Source: the human T2T-CHM13v2.0 reference genome, Homo sapiens
DNA length: 64,000 nt
Direction: 5' to 3' (one strand)
Assembly (NCBI RefSeq): GCF_009914755.1
Contig: NC_060932.1
The notes beneath the pieces were generated by a model. It did no database searches, had not been told where the DNA came from, and saw only the letters and a list, made by a program, of their open reading frames with translations. Each line of letters begins with the position of its first letter. The stretch's first letter is position 1. Below are positions 1 through 13,677 of the stretch, piece by piece. The position numbers and the translations under genes were made by a program.

Positions 1-145
1 TTCCTTTTGTCTTTTTGTGGCGTGTAAAAAAAAAGAAATCCATAAATAGAGTCGTTACGCAAGTCTTCATGAGTTAATTTCTCTCTCCAGTTTTCTTACT
101 ACTTTTTCCAGTTTTCATTTTCTTCAACAGAAAGCTTCTTCTTCT

Positions 146-478
146 GGCTGGACACAGCGGCTCACGCCTGTAATCCCAGCACTTTGGAAGGCTGAGGGGG
201 ATGTAATCCCAGCACTTTGGAAGGCTGAACTCCTGAGTTCAGGAGTTCCAGACCAGCCTGGGCAACATGGCGAAACTCCCAACTCTACAAAAAATACAAA
301 AAAAAAAAAAAAAAAAATAGCTGGGTGTGGTGATATGCCCCTGTTGTCCTAGCTAAAGGGGAGGCTAAGCTGGGAGGATTGCTAGAGGCTGGGATGTTGA
401 GGCTGCAGTGAGTTGTGATCATACCACTGCACTCCAGCCTGGGTGACAGAGGGAGATCTTGTCTCTTAAAAAAACAAA
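146..478 (+). mobile_element. Alu, J-type, with internal rearrangement
   Basis: GGCTGGACACAGCGGCTCACGCCTGTAATCCCAGC start, A-rich linker, right arm GAGGCTGCAGTGAG...CACTGCACTCCAGCCTGGGTGACAGAG, A tail. Confidence 0.95.
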
Positions 479-938
479 AGTTTCTTCAAATTGCCCCTTT
501 ACAATTTAATATGCATGAACACATTTCTTTACAAAGAGAAGGTTATCTTTTATCTATATTCAAAATCATATGCCCTGGGGATCTTTACATCACAATGCAA
601 ATAAATGTTGAGTTAACCAAAGGAAGTGTGAGTAACAAGTTAGTGACTGGGTTAGGGGGTGGTTAGGACAGTGGCGTGTGATTAAGAGATGAACATCTCA
701 GACCGATGCTTAGTAAAACCTACAGGGGGAAGCATGATGACCTAGCCTTGAATATCTCATTTAGGAAGTTACACACGTGTCTGGGCTTTTCAAAATGTTT
801 GCATGCCATTAATCAGCATCTTACATCAGCTTGCTCAATGAATGATGACTATGTCAAATGGAAGTAAAACATATAAGGCCAGAGAAGGATGAAGGGAAGT
901 TTTTTTTAATGCAGTAAAGGATAAAGAAGGATGGAAGT

Positions 939-1083
939 GGCCAGGAGTGGTGGCTCATACATGTAACCCCAACACTTTGGGAGGCTGAAGTGGGAAGATC
1001 ACTTGAACCCAGGAGTTTGAGACCAGCCTGGGCAGCATAGCAAGACCCCATCTCTGTTTTTTAAAAATAAAAAAATATAAAAA
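939..1083 (+). mobile_element. FLAM (free left Alu monomer)
   Basis: Single Alu left arm plus A tail; TSD aaagaaggatggaagt (923-938) / aaagaaggttgtaagt (1084-1099). Confidence 0.9.
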
Positions 1084-1481
1084 AAAGAAGGTTGTAAGTT
1101 ATTCAAACCCATAAGGAGTTCAGCCAATGTATTGAGGTTTCACACTTTAGATATGATCAATTTGCTGTCTTTGGCCTTAAAGGAAAAACACAAACACAGC
1201 AGCCTCGTGTTCTTCTCAGACATTGGTTTCTCCTCCTTTCTTCCTAAGACAGCTCTTTTCCCACTTTCTCTCTGGCCAAGTCCATGCTCAGCATTGCGTG
1301 ACTTCACTGTTAGTCTAGGTTTATTCTGCTCTGGGAAGTTTCCCTGACCCCCTTCTTGACAGCTGCAGATCCTGTCAGTCACTTCTCTGTGTGCTTCCCT
1401 TGCCTTCCTTGTAGATTTTTATTACATCAATTAGGATACACCATTACAATGCATTATTTTGTATAATAAACACCTGTATAG

Positions 1482-1720
1482 TTTCTACCATATGCCGGGC
1501 ACTAATCTAAGTGATTTACAAATGATTATTCTTCTGACCCTCATCACAATTCTATGAGAGCAGTCTATTATTTTCACCAATTTATAGAAAAGGAAACTGA
1601 AGCATAGAGAATTGAATACATTTTCTTTGATGTCATAGCAAGTAAGAAAAAAGGCTAGGATTCTAATCCAGGGAGTCTGGCTCCACAACAGGTGCAATTA
1701 ACCACCAGACCGTGAGGCCT
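1482..1720 (-). mobile_element. MIR SINE
   Basis: Reverse MIR core: ccaatttatagaaaaggaaactgaagcatagaga...gattctaatccagggagtctggctcca. Confidence 0.85.
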
Positions 1721-1804
1721 CTCTGTCATATGCAAGCTCGTCTGTTTTGCTCAGAAGACTGTGTTTTACTCACTCACTCCCAACTTCTTATGGTAAAAAT
1801 TGCT

Positions 1805-2320
1805 TTTTAATGATTTAAATAATACATGCCCATGTAAAAGTTAAATCAATGACTAAAGCATTCTGAAGAAAGGAAAGGTTACCTGGAATCCCATGACCCT
1901 GAAATAACCATCATTAAAATTTTGTTCTTTATCCTTCCATGCATTGTTTAATGTACCACCTACCCACACCCATACACAGTAATTAAATGGGACAATATAA
2001 CCATTTTTTTAAAGAAGGATGGACATCATCTGCTCTCATCCTACCAGAGTTGTCTATCCCAAAAAGACAGGTTAAAAATCTATGTGTTTTTTCTATACCT
2101 TTTATTCTCTCATAGGCTTGTATCTCTCATTTACGTTAATGGAACTCATTGGTGTTTCAAAAACATGATCATCTTAAATGTACTCTTTTAGATGTTGCTT
2201 TGCTCACTCAGCAGTCACCCCATGTCACCTGGCAAAGCCCTAATTTATTTTTTTCACTGGCCACGTGACATTCATTCCACAGTGTAGATGTATCACAATG
2301 CATTCAGGTATTCTCCTATG
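1805..2320 (-). mobile_element. Old L1 (L1ME-like) 3' fragments
   Basis: Degenerate match to L1ME 3'UTR motifs (aataatacatgcccatg...aataaccatcattaaaattttg; gtagatgtatcacaat); boundaries approximate. Confidence 0.5.
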
Positions 2321-2799
2321 GTATTAACTTGGCTTCTAGAATGCAGGGGCTGTCTTTAACCCTGGTGTTTGTGACATTGTGATGGGCATAATGGGATCCC
2401 TTGAATAAATATTTGTAAAACATGGATGGAAGTCAGATTTTAGAAAGAATAAATTAGTTTTTTCTTAATTATGCATGGATATGGTCTTGAATCGGTTCTC
2501 AATAAATCAAATTTCAGTAAGGGACTCACTTAAATGTATGAGAAGAGACCCCTGTAATCAATGTTTTTAAAGTTAAATGATTGTCTTTTACATTTTAACT
2601 GGTGTAAAATAACTAATTATTGTTCCAAATAGAATTTTTGCTTAAAGATACGTACAATGGAACGTTATAAAACCACCTATATTTACAGATACCTTGTGCT
2701 TTGTGATCTGGCTTGTATTTTTCCTGTTCCTTTCCTGTTACCCTGTGTACGAAATGTATGTTCTTCCCATAAAAAAACTAAACTACTTCCAGTTGTGTA

Positions 2800-3183
2800 A
2801 ACACAACAGATTCTTTCAGACCACTATGCCTTGGTGTATGTCAACCCTCAGCTAGGAATAACATTTCCATCTCTGTGATTCCATTGGCAATTTCTGCTCA
2901 CCTTTTCCTAGGTTGAAGTGCCACTTCTTCTGCAAAACTTTTCTTGAATCTCCTTTCCTGTTACCCTCCTGCACAATTAAAAACTTGCATCCATTTGATC
3001 CCATAGAATTTATGCTGTACTTACATGACAGGTACTTACATCTTTTATTTTAACTCATTTATATCACTTACAAGACTGTTTTTTTCTTTAGGACTTGGAA
3101 TATGACCTTTTCATCTTTTTCACTGCAGTCTTTTTAGTGTCCAGCATGGAGAAAGTGCTCAAAAATATTTGTTGAGTGAATGA
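2800..3183 (+). mobile_element. L2 3' end fragment
   Basis: Ends in L2 terminus gtgctcaaaaatatttgttgagtgaatga; left boundary approximate. Confidence 0.65.
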
Positions 3184-5533
3184 CAGTAGAGAAAATAAAA
3201 ATGTCCTGGATTGGAATCATGAAAACTGTCTACTTATCTCTAATATTAAAAAGCTCAGTGTAATCTTAGAAAAAATAATCTGAGAGCTCTGACACTTTCC
3301 AGAGGCCACTTCCACGGGAAAGGAGGAGCAAAGTCTCTGATCAGAAGTTGAGTAAATATCCTCTGAGGTCCCTGATTATCCAGACATTGACAAAAGAAAG
3401 GCTCTCCAAGGTTTGCCATTATTACTATAAGGAAGTCCCAGCTCAGATGATTCATAGTTAAATATTTGCATCTCCTCTGGCTAAGAAAAATAAAAGCCAC
3501 GACATTCCAGAGCCTTTAGGCATGTAAGATCTTGGTACTTTCCCAGTTATTGCTCCTTAGAAACCGGTAACTGAAAAGGCCCTGTTTCAGAAAAGCAAGA
3601 TATGTCAAATGGGAAGGAAGTAGAATAGCTATCTGGTTGGAATTCAGAAAGTATATCAAGGCCAACAATATAATTGTTGAAATTGGTTATTAATGTTTTG
3701 ATACTGTGACATATCTGTTTTCTGTTCTCTACCACAAACAAGAAAGATGTTGAAATATGGCAAATGTTATGAATAACAAAGAGGAAAATACAAATAAGTT
3801 CTTTTGGCAAATCTCCGTAGCAGGTTGAACTCAGACTCCTTTAATGTCAATAAACAAGGCTCAGAGTCAATGCCACTTTCTTTGGTGGTCACTTTAAGTG
3901 TATTTCTCTTACAACAGCCCTGCACGTCCAGTGTTATTATTACTGTTTCACAGATAAGAAAGTGGAGGCTCAGAAAAATAATGATCCATAATTGATATAG
4001 TGGTATATATATAATTTATATATTATACCATAGGATTTAAACTGAAGTGGTAAAGCAGGTGGTAATTTGCAGAGAATGATTTTGGAAATGCTCCGTAGAT
4101 ACCTCTGGCTCTAGGCATATAAAACTATTTTCTTATTAACTGAAAATTTACAATTACAACTTGATTCTTGTGGTTTAAGACAATGGAGGCTTTCTACATG
4201 GTGCATGCAAATTTTCCCAAAATCTTTCCCAAATTCATTTATAATTCAGTGTGGGTGAGCTTACCAGTTCCTTTCCAGAAAACAATTGTGATTAAGGAGT
4301 TCACACAGACAATTATTCTGTTATTCTCCTCTGTCCTCAGGTAGGCAGTGCTCCTCGAGCTTTGGGTGGCAATCCTTCACCAATCCATTGTCAGTGTGGG
4401 TCCAGCTTTTCCTCCTTAGGCCACAAAGATAGAGTTGCTCATATTTTATTTCCAAAATATAGTGTTAGGGGCCTGAAGGCCACAAAGAAGACTATTCTGA
4501 AAGCTCCCACACTGACATCCTCCCCAGTACTGGAAAACAAGTAATAAAAGAGTAGGAAAAAAGACCTCAGGGCCTTGCACATAATAGGCCTTCCATAAGT
4601 TTATTTCATAAATGAGCTTCTGCTTGACGGACTGGCAGATGGAGCCTGAGTTTATAGTCCTGTCTGTTATTACCTTGCTTTGGGCCCTGTCATAACACTT
4701 CCTCTCAAACACGTTTGAAAGAAATGCAGCCCAACATAGGCCGTCTCCTCGCTGTGCTGAGAGGGTCTTGGGTCTCACAAAGCAACACACACAGCCAGGT
4801 CATGTCTCTGAGCATCGGATCTAGAAAACTACAAAGCCAGGAAGACATGGACAATGCTAACATCCTCCCTTTGTCCACCACATACATGCATGAAAACACA
4901 CCTACCCTCACTCTCCACCCACCCACACACACACACACTGGAAATTGTATCATACACACACCGGAAATTGTACCCAAAGGACGCTATTACTAACTATGAA
5001 GCAAGTGGCACCCATGGCTTGTCCAGAGAAGACACCCACAGGGTCAGACTTCACACAACAAGCCTATGAATGGGATAGCCCACATTTAGGAGTGGTCTTC
5101 TAATCCAGAATCTTCTCTTTATTTAGTTCAAGATAACATAAACTTCCTTTTTGTAAATTTGTCCATCATCCACTCCCTTGCTCTTATACTCTAGTGAGGG
5201 GGAGGTCAGATGATAAATGACAAGGAAGATCATTTCCAGCCGTGATGAGTGAGATGCGGAAAACAGGGCAGCCATGGAGCAGCGAGAGAACAACCAGGTG
5301 TGGTCAGGGGATTCCCTAGTGAGGTCGTTTCCAAAACCCTCATGGGTAGACCTGAGGCTGTGAGGAAAAGAGGAATCCAGGCAGAGAGAATCAAAAATGA
5401 AAAGTCCTCATGGCAGGAATGAGCCTATTTCAAAAAAAATTAAAAAACAAAAAAATCTGGGTGGCTTAATGAAAAAGAACAAAGAGACCCAAGAGGCTAG
5501 TCAGTTTCGACTGGTGCTTAGAGGCCATGGTAG

Positions 5534-5884
<351 letters not shown>

Positions 5885-5924
5885 TGAGGGATTTCAGCAA
5901 GGAGATTACATGATCCCAATGGAC

Positions 5925-6241
5925 TTCTTATTTTTCTTTAATTTTATACTTTAAAAATTTTTGAAACAGGGGCTCACCCTGTCTCCCAGGTTGGAGTACA
6001 GTGGTATAATCATAGCCCACTATAATCTCAAACTCCTGTGCTCAAAGCTATCCTCCTGTCTCAGCCTCCCAAGTAGCTGTGACTACAGGAGTACACACCA
6101 TGCCCAGCTAATGTTTTAATTTTTTTGTAGAGATGGGGTCTTGCTATGTTGCCCAAGCTGGTCTTGAACTCCTGAGCTCAAACAGTCCTCCTGCCTCAGC
6201 TTCTCAAAGTGCTGGGATTACATACATGAATGCACCTGGCC
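5925..6241 (-). mobile_element. Alu, J-type
   Basis: Reverse dimeric Alu with J-like tcttgctatgttgccca...ctcctgagctcaa. Confidence 0.93.
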
Positions 6242-6764
6242 TGAATGTGCTTTTTAAAGAATACTAAGGCTATTGAATGACCAGGTGGGGTAGCAGAGAG
6301 GAACACTGTGAGTCTGTGGCAGTGTCTGGATAAGGGATTATGTAAGTACCACTAAGATGGCTATGTTGAAGAGTGAGGGAGCATTTAGTTTGTCTGTTTT
6401 ATAAGTAGAGGCCATCAGACTTCAGAGGAATTCAGACTTAAAATTCATGTGCCTTTGAATGGGGACCACATACATGTCACATCACACTAACACTAATGTT
6501 TCATTGATTCATTCTATCCCTTCCCAGGAATCAAATTCTGATTAAGAGAAAGACCCTAAGTGGCTGAAGGAACAAAAAGAGTTATTGCAAAAAAAAAAAA
6601 AAAAAAAAAAAGCTGATGCAGTTAGGAAAGGGAAGCCTGAGCTATTGAGAAAACACATTGCTTCTTACATAGTAGTGCTAAAGGCCAAGCCTGCATATCC
6701 CTGCAATCTATAAAGTCTGTTTTCTCTGACAGTGTCAGAGTTGGAAAGATCAATAGGTGTCACT

Positions 6765-6890
6765 CACACCATTCATCATCTCAGAAATGAGAAGATTTAG
6801 GAAAGGAGATTGAAATGACTTATGTGGGGTCACAGAACTAGTTATTGTTGAGACCAAATTTAGAGTCTTGTCTCCTGGATCTCAGTATTA
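6765..6890 (-). mobile_element. MIR fragment
   Basis: cagaaatgagaag...gaaatgacttatgtggggtcacagaactagt. Confidence 0.6.
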
Positions 6891-8489
6891 TACCTTAATT
6901 ATTTCTTTTTTAACATGTAACCCAATTTGCTCCTAATAGACTTGGAATACACAGGGCCTGAAATGTAAAGATGACTTACTCTTGGCCTTAAGGCATCAAA
7001 TCTGCCACACGAAATTTTAAGATAAGCATAATACATCATTGGAATTACTCCTGCTTCTTGTACCTCTTTCACATGAGTTACCATGAAGTGAACTCTATCT
7101 TTTATGGAGGAGAGGATATGGAGGAGCATAGGAGAAAGGTACCATGTGAAAGAATAAATAACGTCTTTGCCTTGGACTAAGTTGCATTGCAGTTATCACT
7201 GGAAGTTGACAGCTTTGGATAATAAGCATGGATCTTTTTTGTCTTTGTTGGAGCCTGTTGCCCTTCACCTTTATATAACATCTAAATTCTTTATTCTGGT
7301 TGACATGGGTTGCTTTACAATTTTAACTTGGCATGTGTCATACGATCATAGGTATAATATTCTACAGTTACAAAATATGTTTGATAAGTATGAGGCATCC
7401 ATGCTCATTGTGAAAGCCTTCAAAATGTCTGTACGCTAGGAGAATGGTGAAAAACAAGCAGTCAAGTGAGTCTCAGTGGGTTGTTTTCTCAGACCACGTG
7501 GACTCTCTTCTCAAATCTGGTACTGGTTTTATGTGACTTTGGAGAATCTTCATTCTCAATGAGCCCCAAACTTTTCAGTAAAATAAAAAAAGGATTGATA
7601 TTTTATGAAACATTTTTATACCCTAAAATGCAGAAGCATGTTAGAAATATATAGTTGCTATCAGTCTTCAATTAAATGTTTACCACTTGGCAAAAATGAT
7701 ACTTTGGTAAATCCAAACATGCCTAGGTATCCACTCTGTATACTCCGGAGAATGTTCCTATTTAAGCTTATTATTGTCTTGAGCATTAAGCATCTCACAT
7801 CAGTTGTTACATCTGGCTTTAAGTCTCCAATGAGCCCTGGGGAACTCAATCCCATCAAAGGAATTTCGAGAGGAGTTCACAGCTCCTATCTACCTTAGAA
7901 GGGAGAAACAGGATAAGGAATAGATCCCTGATAAAGCACATGAACAAATTAAATCCATTGTTAATTTGAGTGACTGGCATAGAGAGGTGGCCCCTACAAA
8001 ATTGTCACTTTTTAGAGTCACGGTGGTTCACAGAAGAATAGAAATCATCTTTTCCTCTTAACATTATTTCCATGTACTACAGTTCCCTCTCCCTAAAGTG
8101 GTCTACTTGCATTTGTCAACACTGAAAGCAAAAACAAAGTTGAATATATACCCATGGTGCATATTGTTAATAAAGAAGATGGAGGCAATTCAGTGGTATT
8201 CTAATTGTAATGATAAAAACTTACCTATTTCATCAGTTCCTCTCCTTTGCCCCTAAACCCCAAACACTCACTTTGTCTCTTAGATATCTTGAAGTAGAGT
8301 TAATAACTAACGAGAATAAGCATCTCCATCCATGAAATATTTTAAATATAGTAGTGTGGACCTAAAAAGATAGTGAAATTGGATAGGCCATGAATAGAAC
8401 AAGTCCTCATGTCATAGGCAAACATCCAGAAAGTTGTGTGTTTTGCATTTGTGTTTTGTTGTTTACATCTGTTGCATAGGAATGATCAT

Positions 8490-8720
8490 AGTTACAACAG
8501 CTGACATTTAATGAGGACTTTTCATATGTTAGACACTGTGCTAAGAGCTTTATTTACATGCTTTATCTAATTTAATCTGTACAACCAATTTATGAAATGG
8601 GCATTTTCCAGACAAATAAAATGACGTTTAGTAATTTCATTTTGATTGCCTGTAGTCACAGCCAATAAGTATTAGAGGGAATATTGCAACCCAGTCAACT
8701 TTCTCCAGAGTTTATCTTTC
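8490..8720 (-). mobile_element. MIR SINE
   Basis: acagctgacatttaatgaggac...agacactgtgctaagagcttt...aatttaatctgtacaacc. Confidence 0.75.
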
Positions 8721-9529
8721 TGTATTCCTCAGCTGGTTGTTGGAGGTTGATTGAAAAACCCTTTGTAAGCCTTGAAATGCTAAATAGTCTACATAGGAAA
8801 GGCTTCTACTATTGTTTCTACTTTTTTTTAATGGTTTGTAATCTCAGCAGGGATTGTGTTATCTAAAAATCTGCTTGATGAGGTCTGAGATACTGGCTTT
8901 TAGAGGTCAGACAGGAATGACTGCAAGATAACTTGACTTTCTCCTTCCCCTCTGCTGCTAAGGGGTAAGGTGGGAGTGGTTCTAGGACTTCTGCCATAGA
9001 ACTAGATATATGATGGATAGGAAATGAAAAAATGTGCCACTACTGCACAATGTCAAGAGATCAATTGGCATTTAATGAAATATCTGTGCCATATTATTTT
9101 ATAGTGTGCAACATTTAAAACAATACACATGTAAAAAATAAAAAATAAAACAATATGCATGTATGCATACATACACACACACACTTTTAGCTCTGTCTTG
9201 AGCTGTCATCTCCTGGGGCAGGCTTAATGACAGGTGCAATTCTGGCCTAATTCAACCTCTTGAAATTGAAAAGGGTTAGCACCACGCAGTGGCTGCTAAA
9301 TCCTAGAGGGCAAAACAGCCTCCTGTGTCTCATCCCTTCATGACTATCTCATGGGAGCTCGATTTCTGTCTCTTTCCACCTGCTAACCAGATTCGATTTT
9401 GATGCTGTACCATTGGTAGTAAAATATACTTCTTTCTGGTAAAAGGAGACCTGAGAAAGTAGAAATTGCATTATTTAAAGGAATTTATACATACCATATA
9501 AGTTGGCTGGATGGACCAGCCAACAAGCT

Positions 9530-9720
9530 CAACACTTTGTATTCATTGTTTCTTTTAATACTCATTTCAAGCTCCTGGATTCAGTATCATTATCTCCATA
9601 TCACAAAGAATGAGGGACTCTGAAAAACTCAAGAACTTTCAAGGTCACTCACAGAATACATGCCTGAGCTGGGATTCTAACTCAACCCCTTAAGCCCGAT
9701 ATCCTGTACTTTTTCTGCTA
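9530..9720 (-). mobile_element. MIR SINE
   Basis: ttatctccat...aaggtcac...gagctgggattctaactca. Confidence 0.65.
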
Positions 9721-9723
9721 TAT

Positions 9724-9938
9724 CAGGGGTCAGCAAATGATAGCCAATGGGCCAAATCTTACATGCTGCCTGGTTTTGTGAATGTTTCATGGAACACAGC
9801 CATGCCCATTTTTTTATGCACTGCCTGTTGCTGCTTTTGCTTTACAACAGTCAAGATGAGTGCTTGAAACAGAGGCCACATGGCCTGCAAAGCTACAACA
9901 TTGAGTGGCCCTGTATGAGAAACACTTGCTGAACCCAA
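9724..9938 (+). mobile_element. MER58A-like hAT-Charlie MITE
   Basis: caggggtcagcaaa start and ttgctgaaccc end (terminal inverted repeats, TIRs); internal ggaacacagccatgcccatt and catggcctgcaaagc match the recalled MER58A consensus. Confidence 0.85.
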
Positions 9939-11289
9939 TAACAATACGTGAGAGATGTATTGTTATTGACAATAACGAAACATGAGAGATGTAGCTCAAA
10001 TCATTTAACTCAGTGTGTCTACATCTTTTTCCTGTATCTTCAAAATCCAACAGGATAGGTCTATAGATATACTGTCTTAAGCCCAGCTTCTTGTATACAT
10101 TTATTTTGTTCCAAGATAACGTGCAGAAACCCGAATTCCAGATAGGTCTCTTATAATGAGTCATGTTTAAGAGGGTTCTATTATTCCACTTTGCATTTCT
10201 AGAACATACTTCTTTCAGAATAATTACTTTCTAAACCTGTTCACTTAGCAGGCAGATGGAAATCCAACATCCTTTGGCAGAGAAGAGAGAGGAATTTTCC
10301 ACTCGGGCAAAGTGAAGCACTGGTCAGCTCGTGGCTGAAATTTTTTATGTCATCCCCTGGTTCTACAGAAGACTGTAAGGACAGAGGAATGAGGCATTTC
10401 GCCTTGGGATCTTCAGACTCAGATTTCTGAGTCAGGTTTGAGGTTCCTGCTGTCCTGTGGGCAGTGAGGCCCAGGGATTACACCAAAAGAGCAGGAACCC
10501 AATGTCACAGGTCCCCTAACTCCTGCCTAGTTGCCCAGGTCACATAGGAACAGGCAGGGGAGCTGGCTGATCTCATTTGTTTGTTTTCCGTGTCCGTTCT
10601 CAGGCAGTGATAGGCATGCTATCATCTCAATTCATAAATAAAACCAAGTTGTATCGTTGAAGAGCAGATAAAGCAAAGACAGAAGCATTTTAAAAGGAAT
10701 TTTGTGGCTTCCAAAGTACAAGTATAGAGTATTTCTGAGTTAATGAAGAAATAATTACAAAATATTTTTGAAAAAGTGACATTTTATTCATAGTAATTCA
10801 TGTAATTCCAACTGAAGTAATTGATACTTTGTAATAGTAAGGACCTATTTGAGTGAATGTTTAAGATACTAATTATATATCAATTTTAAATTATTTAATA
10901 TCAAAAAGGCTTGAAAGCAGCATATTTTGTGTCATTATGTGAATTCTTGCTTTGCCATTTTTAAAACTATTTGTTTTCTCATATCCCCTCCTCTTTATTT
11001 TTTATGATGTCAAAGACTGTGTCAGTCAAGTCTGTCTCTATGTCATTTGAGTTTATGTTTATGTGTTAGTGCATTTTTACAAGTTAACTATCCAGAAACA
11101 TGCACACTCTGGGCAGAATAAAAAATGTCTAAGTTAAGTGAAAACCACTTTAAAACATGGCAGCCAAAATAGCTGTAGAAAAGTTTATGCTCTATTATGT
11201 ACAATTTTAATAGACATGATATCTTGTTTCCCAGAATACAACAGATTGACTATCAGTCATTTTGTAAAAAATGAAAGCAAAACTAACAA

Positions 11290-11520
11290 TCACAAGAGCT
11301 AAGATTTGCTGGCCCTTTGCACTGTCCCAGGCACTAGTCTAAGTCTTTTGCAAGTGTTTCATTTTTACAGCAACACAATACATTTCCTACTGTTGTTATC
11401 CATCTTAAGGAGGAAACTTTGTACAGAAGGTTTAAGTAGCTAATCAAGTTTTCACAGCTGATAAGGGATAGAGCCAGAGTCCACAAGCAGTCTAGATTCT
11501 TAATGCCAATGCTGTATTGT
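11290..11520 (-). mobile_element. MIR SINE
   Basis: ccaggcactagtctaag...ggaggaaact...gtttaagtagct...cacagctgataag. Confidence 0.7.
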
Positions 11521-13233
11521 CTCTCCAGAAAAGACCACTCTCACCTTTCCCCTTGTTCTTGATAATACAGTTAAATTATTCATATTCATAGCATAAATTT
11601 TCTGTATCATATTTAAGAATACAGTTAAATATTGGTGCATATTAGAAAGATTTCACTTAAATATGACTACATGAAAGTAGATTTGTCTTTTCTAAAAAAT
11701 AAACAAGCATTTGTTTTCTAAAAAATTTACTGGTGTGCACCATTTCATTTCCTAATAATTCAGAATAAATGAGGTGTCACCGTGGTCCACTTCAACAGTA
11801 GATGGGCTTATATTCAGGCAGGAAGCATGTCACCTATACAACACAGATGTGGGTGATTAATGAAAACTAAATCATGGGGATGAGATCTTTAAGAAGAAGA
11901 AAACCAAGTTGTCTTCCAGAAGTGTTTTCAGAACCCCCTGTTTTGAGGTTGTGGATAGACATGACAGTTTTACAATGCCAAAACAGTCTGTTCTAAAGAG
12001 AAAAAGTTCAATCAACCATTTCACCTGCATTATGCCGAAGAGCTAGTCTTTACAGTCATGGGGCTTTAAAACTATTTTGATAGCCTGTTTGGGCTGCCTC
12101 TAAATATATCCTCCAAATAAAAACCTCAGAAAATGTATCAGAGAAATGTACATAATTAATATTTGGCTTAATATATTGTCAACTTTGATTTTACATGTCC
12201 CATCCAACTTGTTAAGCCTTCTTTGTGGCCATTAGTGTTTACTAGAGAATAATATCATATTTAATTTTCTAATTATGTGCGAACCTTGGAGTCAGGATTA
12301 GTTGATATTTTTACACCTTCAAATTTATAAACCTAGTATGAAGTCCCATCTAGACTAACAAATGTTTTATAATAGAAATTTAAATAGTACTCCAGTTTTG
12401 TTTATGCATTTGCTGATGGTCTTTCTTGCTATGAACTTTAGAAACTTTAAATGTCCGTTTACTCACAATACACACACAGCCTCAATGACCTAATAGGCAG
12501 ATTTGCAGAGCCATAACCTTGCTGGCTTATGTCAGCTCGAAGTAAAGGGGGAGGTGGTAGTGGTGAATCTGTTTTTATTACTCAGTGTTTAATCATAATG
12601 AATCAGAGGCTTTTATGAGAAACCTTCTACATCCCATGAAAGATTTGCTGATCAAAGATGTAGAGATTTCTGTTTTATTAGAAAAAATTGTTTAGCACCT
12701 CATTGTGGATACAGAAGACATTGTTTGTTGAAAAGTTTAAGTCTTTTTACGCTACATTGGATGTCACACTGTTCTGAGTTTAGTGGTATCAGGTCATCAG
12801 ATTCTGTAAGATGTGATTCTAAAAATTCAGTCCTAGTCCTACCGAGTCCATTAGAGAAGGTCTGCAGTATATAAAACTGTGACTTAAAAAATGCTCAATC
12901 TTCCATGCACATAACTGCCTGATGACTCTCAAGCTCAGGTGTGACCTTCATAGACAGGCTGTTGTAAAGTCTAGTAATTCCTTCAACACAAGGTAGCTTA
13001 GTATTTAAACCTTGACCACACATCACTTCAGAATTACTAAAGGAACTTAAATATATGTCAGAGCTCCTCTTCGGAATATAGGACAATGGAGCTTATGCAG
13101 ATAGCATTACTTTAATTTTAATTGTACCCATCTGGGTTCTTCGAAATGGCAAGTATTTCATTTATGTGCCTTTCTCATCTTGGGTCAACTCAGTTCCATG
13201 CACTTTAAAATTATTTTAGGAAAGAGCCACATC

Positions 13234-13251
13234 TTTTTTTTTCCTTCTTTC

Positions 13252-13295
<44 letters not shown>

Positions 13296-13362
13296 TTTCT
13301 TTCTTTCTTTCTTTCTTCCTCTTTCTTTCTTTTTCTTTCTTTTTTGTGCATGCATGCGTGCA

Positions 13363-13394
<32 letters not shown>
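13234..13394. repeat. Compound microsatellite (CTTT)n-(TGCA/TGCG)n-(TG)n forming an Alu tail
   Basis: Read directly; lies between the Alu body and its left TSD. Confidence 0.95.
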
Positions 13395-13396
<2 letters not shown>

Positions 13397-13677
13397 TCAC
13401 TCTGCTCGCCCAGGCTGGAGTGCACTGGTACAATCTTGGCTCACTGCAGCCCCGACTTCACAAGCTCAGGTGATCTTCCCACCTCACCTTAGCCTCCCAA
13501 GTAGCTGGAATTACAGGCACATGTCACTACACTCAGCTATTTTTTTTTTTTTTTTTGTATTTTTAGTAGAGATGGGATTTTGCCACATTGCCCAGGCTGG
13601 TCTTGAACTCCTGGGCTGAAGTGATCCTCCTGCTTCAAAAGTGCTAGGATTACAGGTGTGAGCCACCATATTTGGCC
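13395..13677 (-). mobile_element. Alu, J-type
   Basis: Reverse dimeric Alu; TSD aagagccacatc (13222-13233) / aagaaccacatc (13678-13689). Confidence 0.95.

Noticed and set aside
6589-6611. Orphan poly(A) as a processed-pseudogene tail (also 27296-27316 and poly(T) at 33001-33025)
   Set aside because: No convincing TSD, polyadenylation signal or recognisable mRNA body; simple homopolymer expansion is sufficient
13180-13619. Low-complexity ORFs (poly KERK, CVCV, FLSF)
   Set aside because: Microsatellite and Alu read-through; the same applies to 35399-35816
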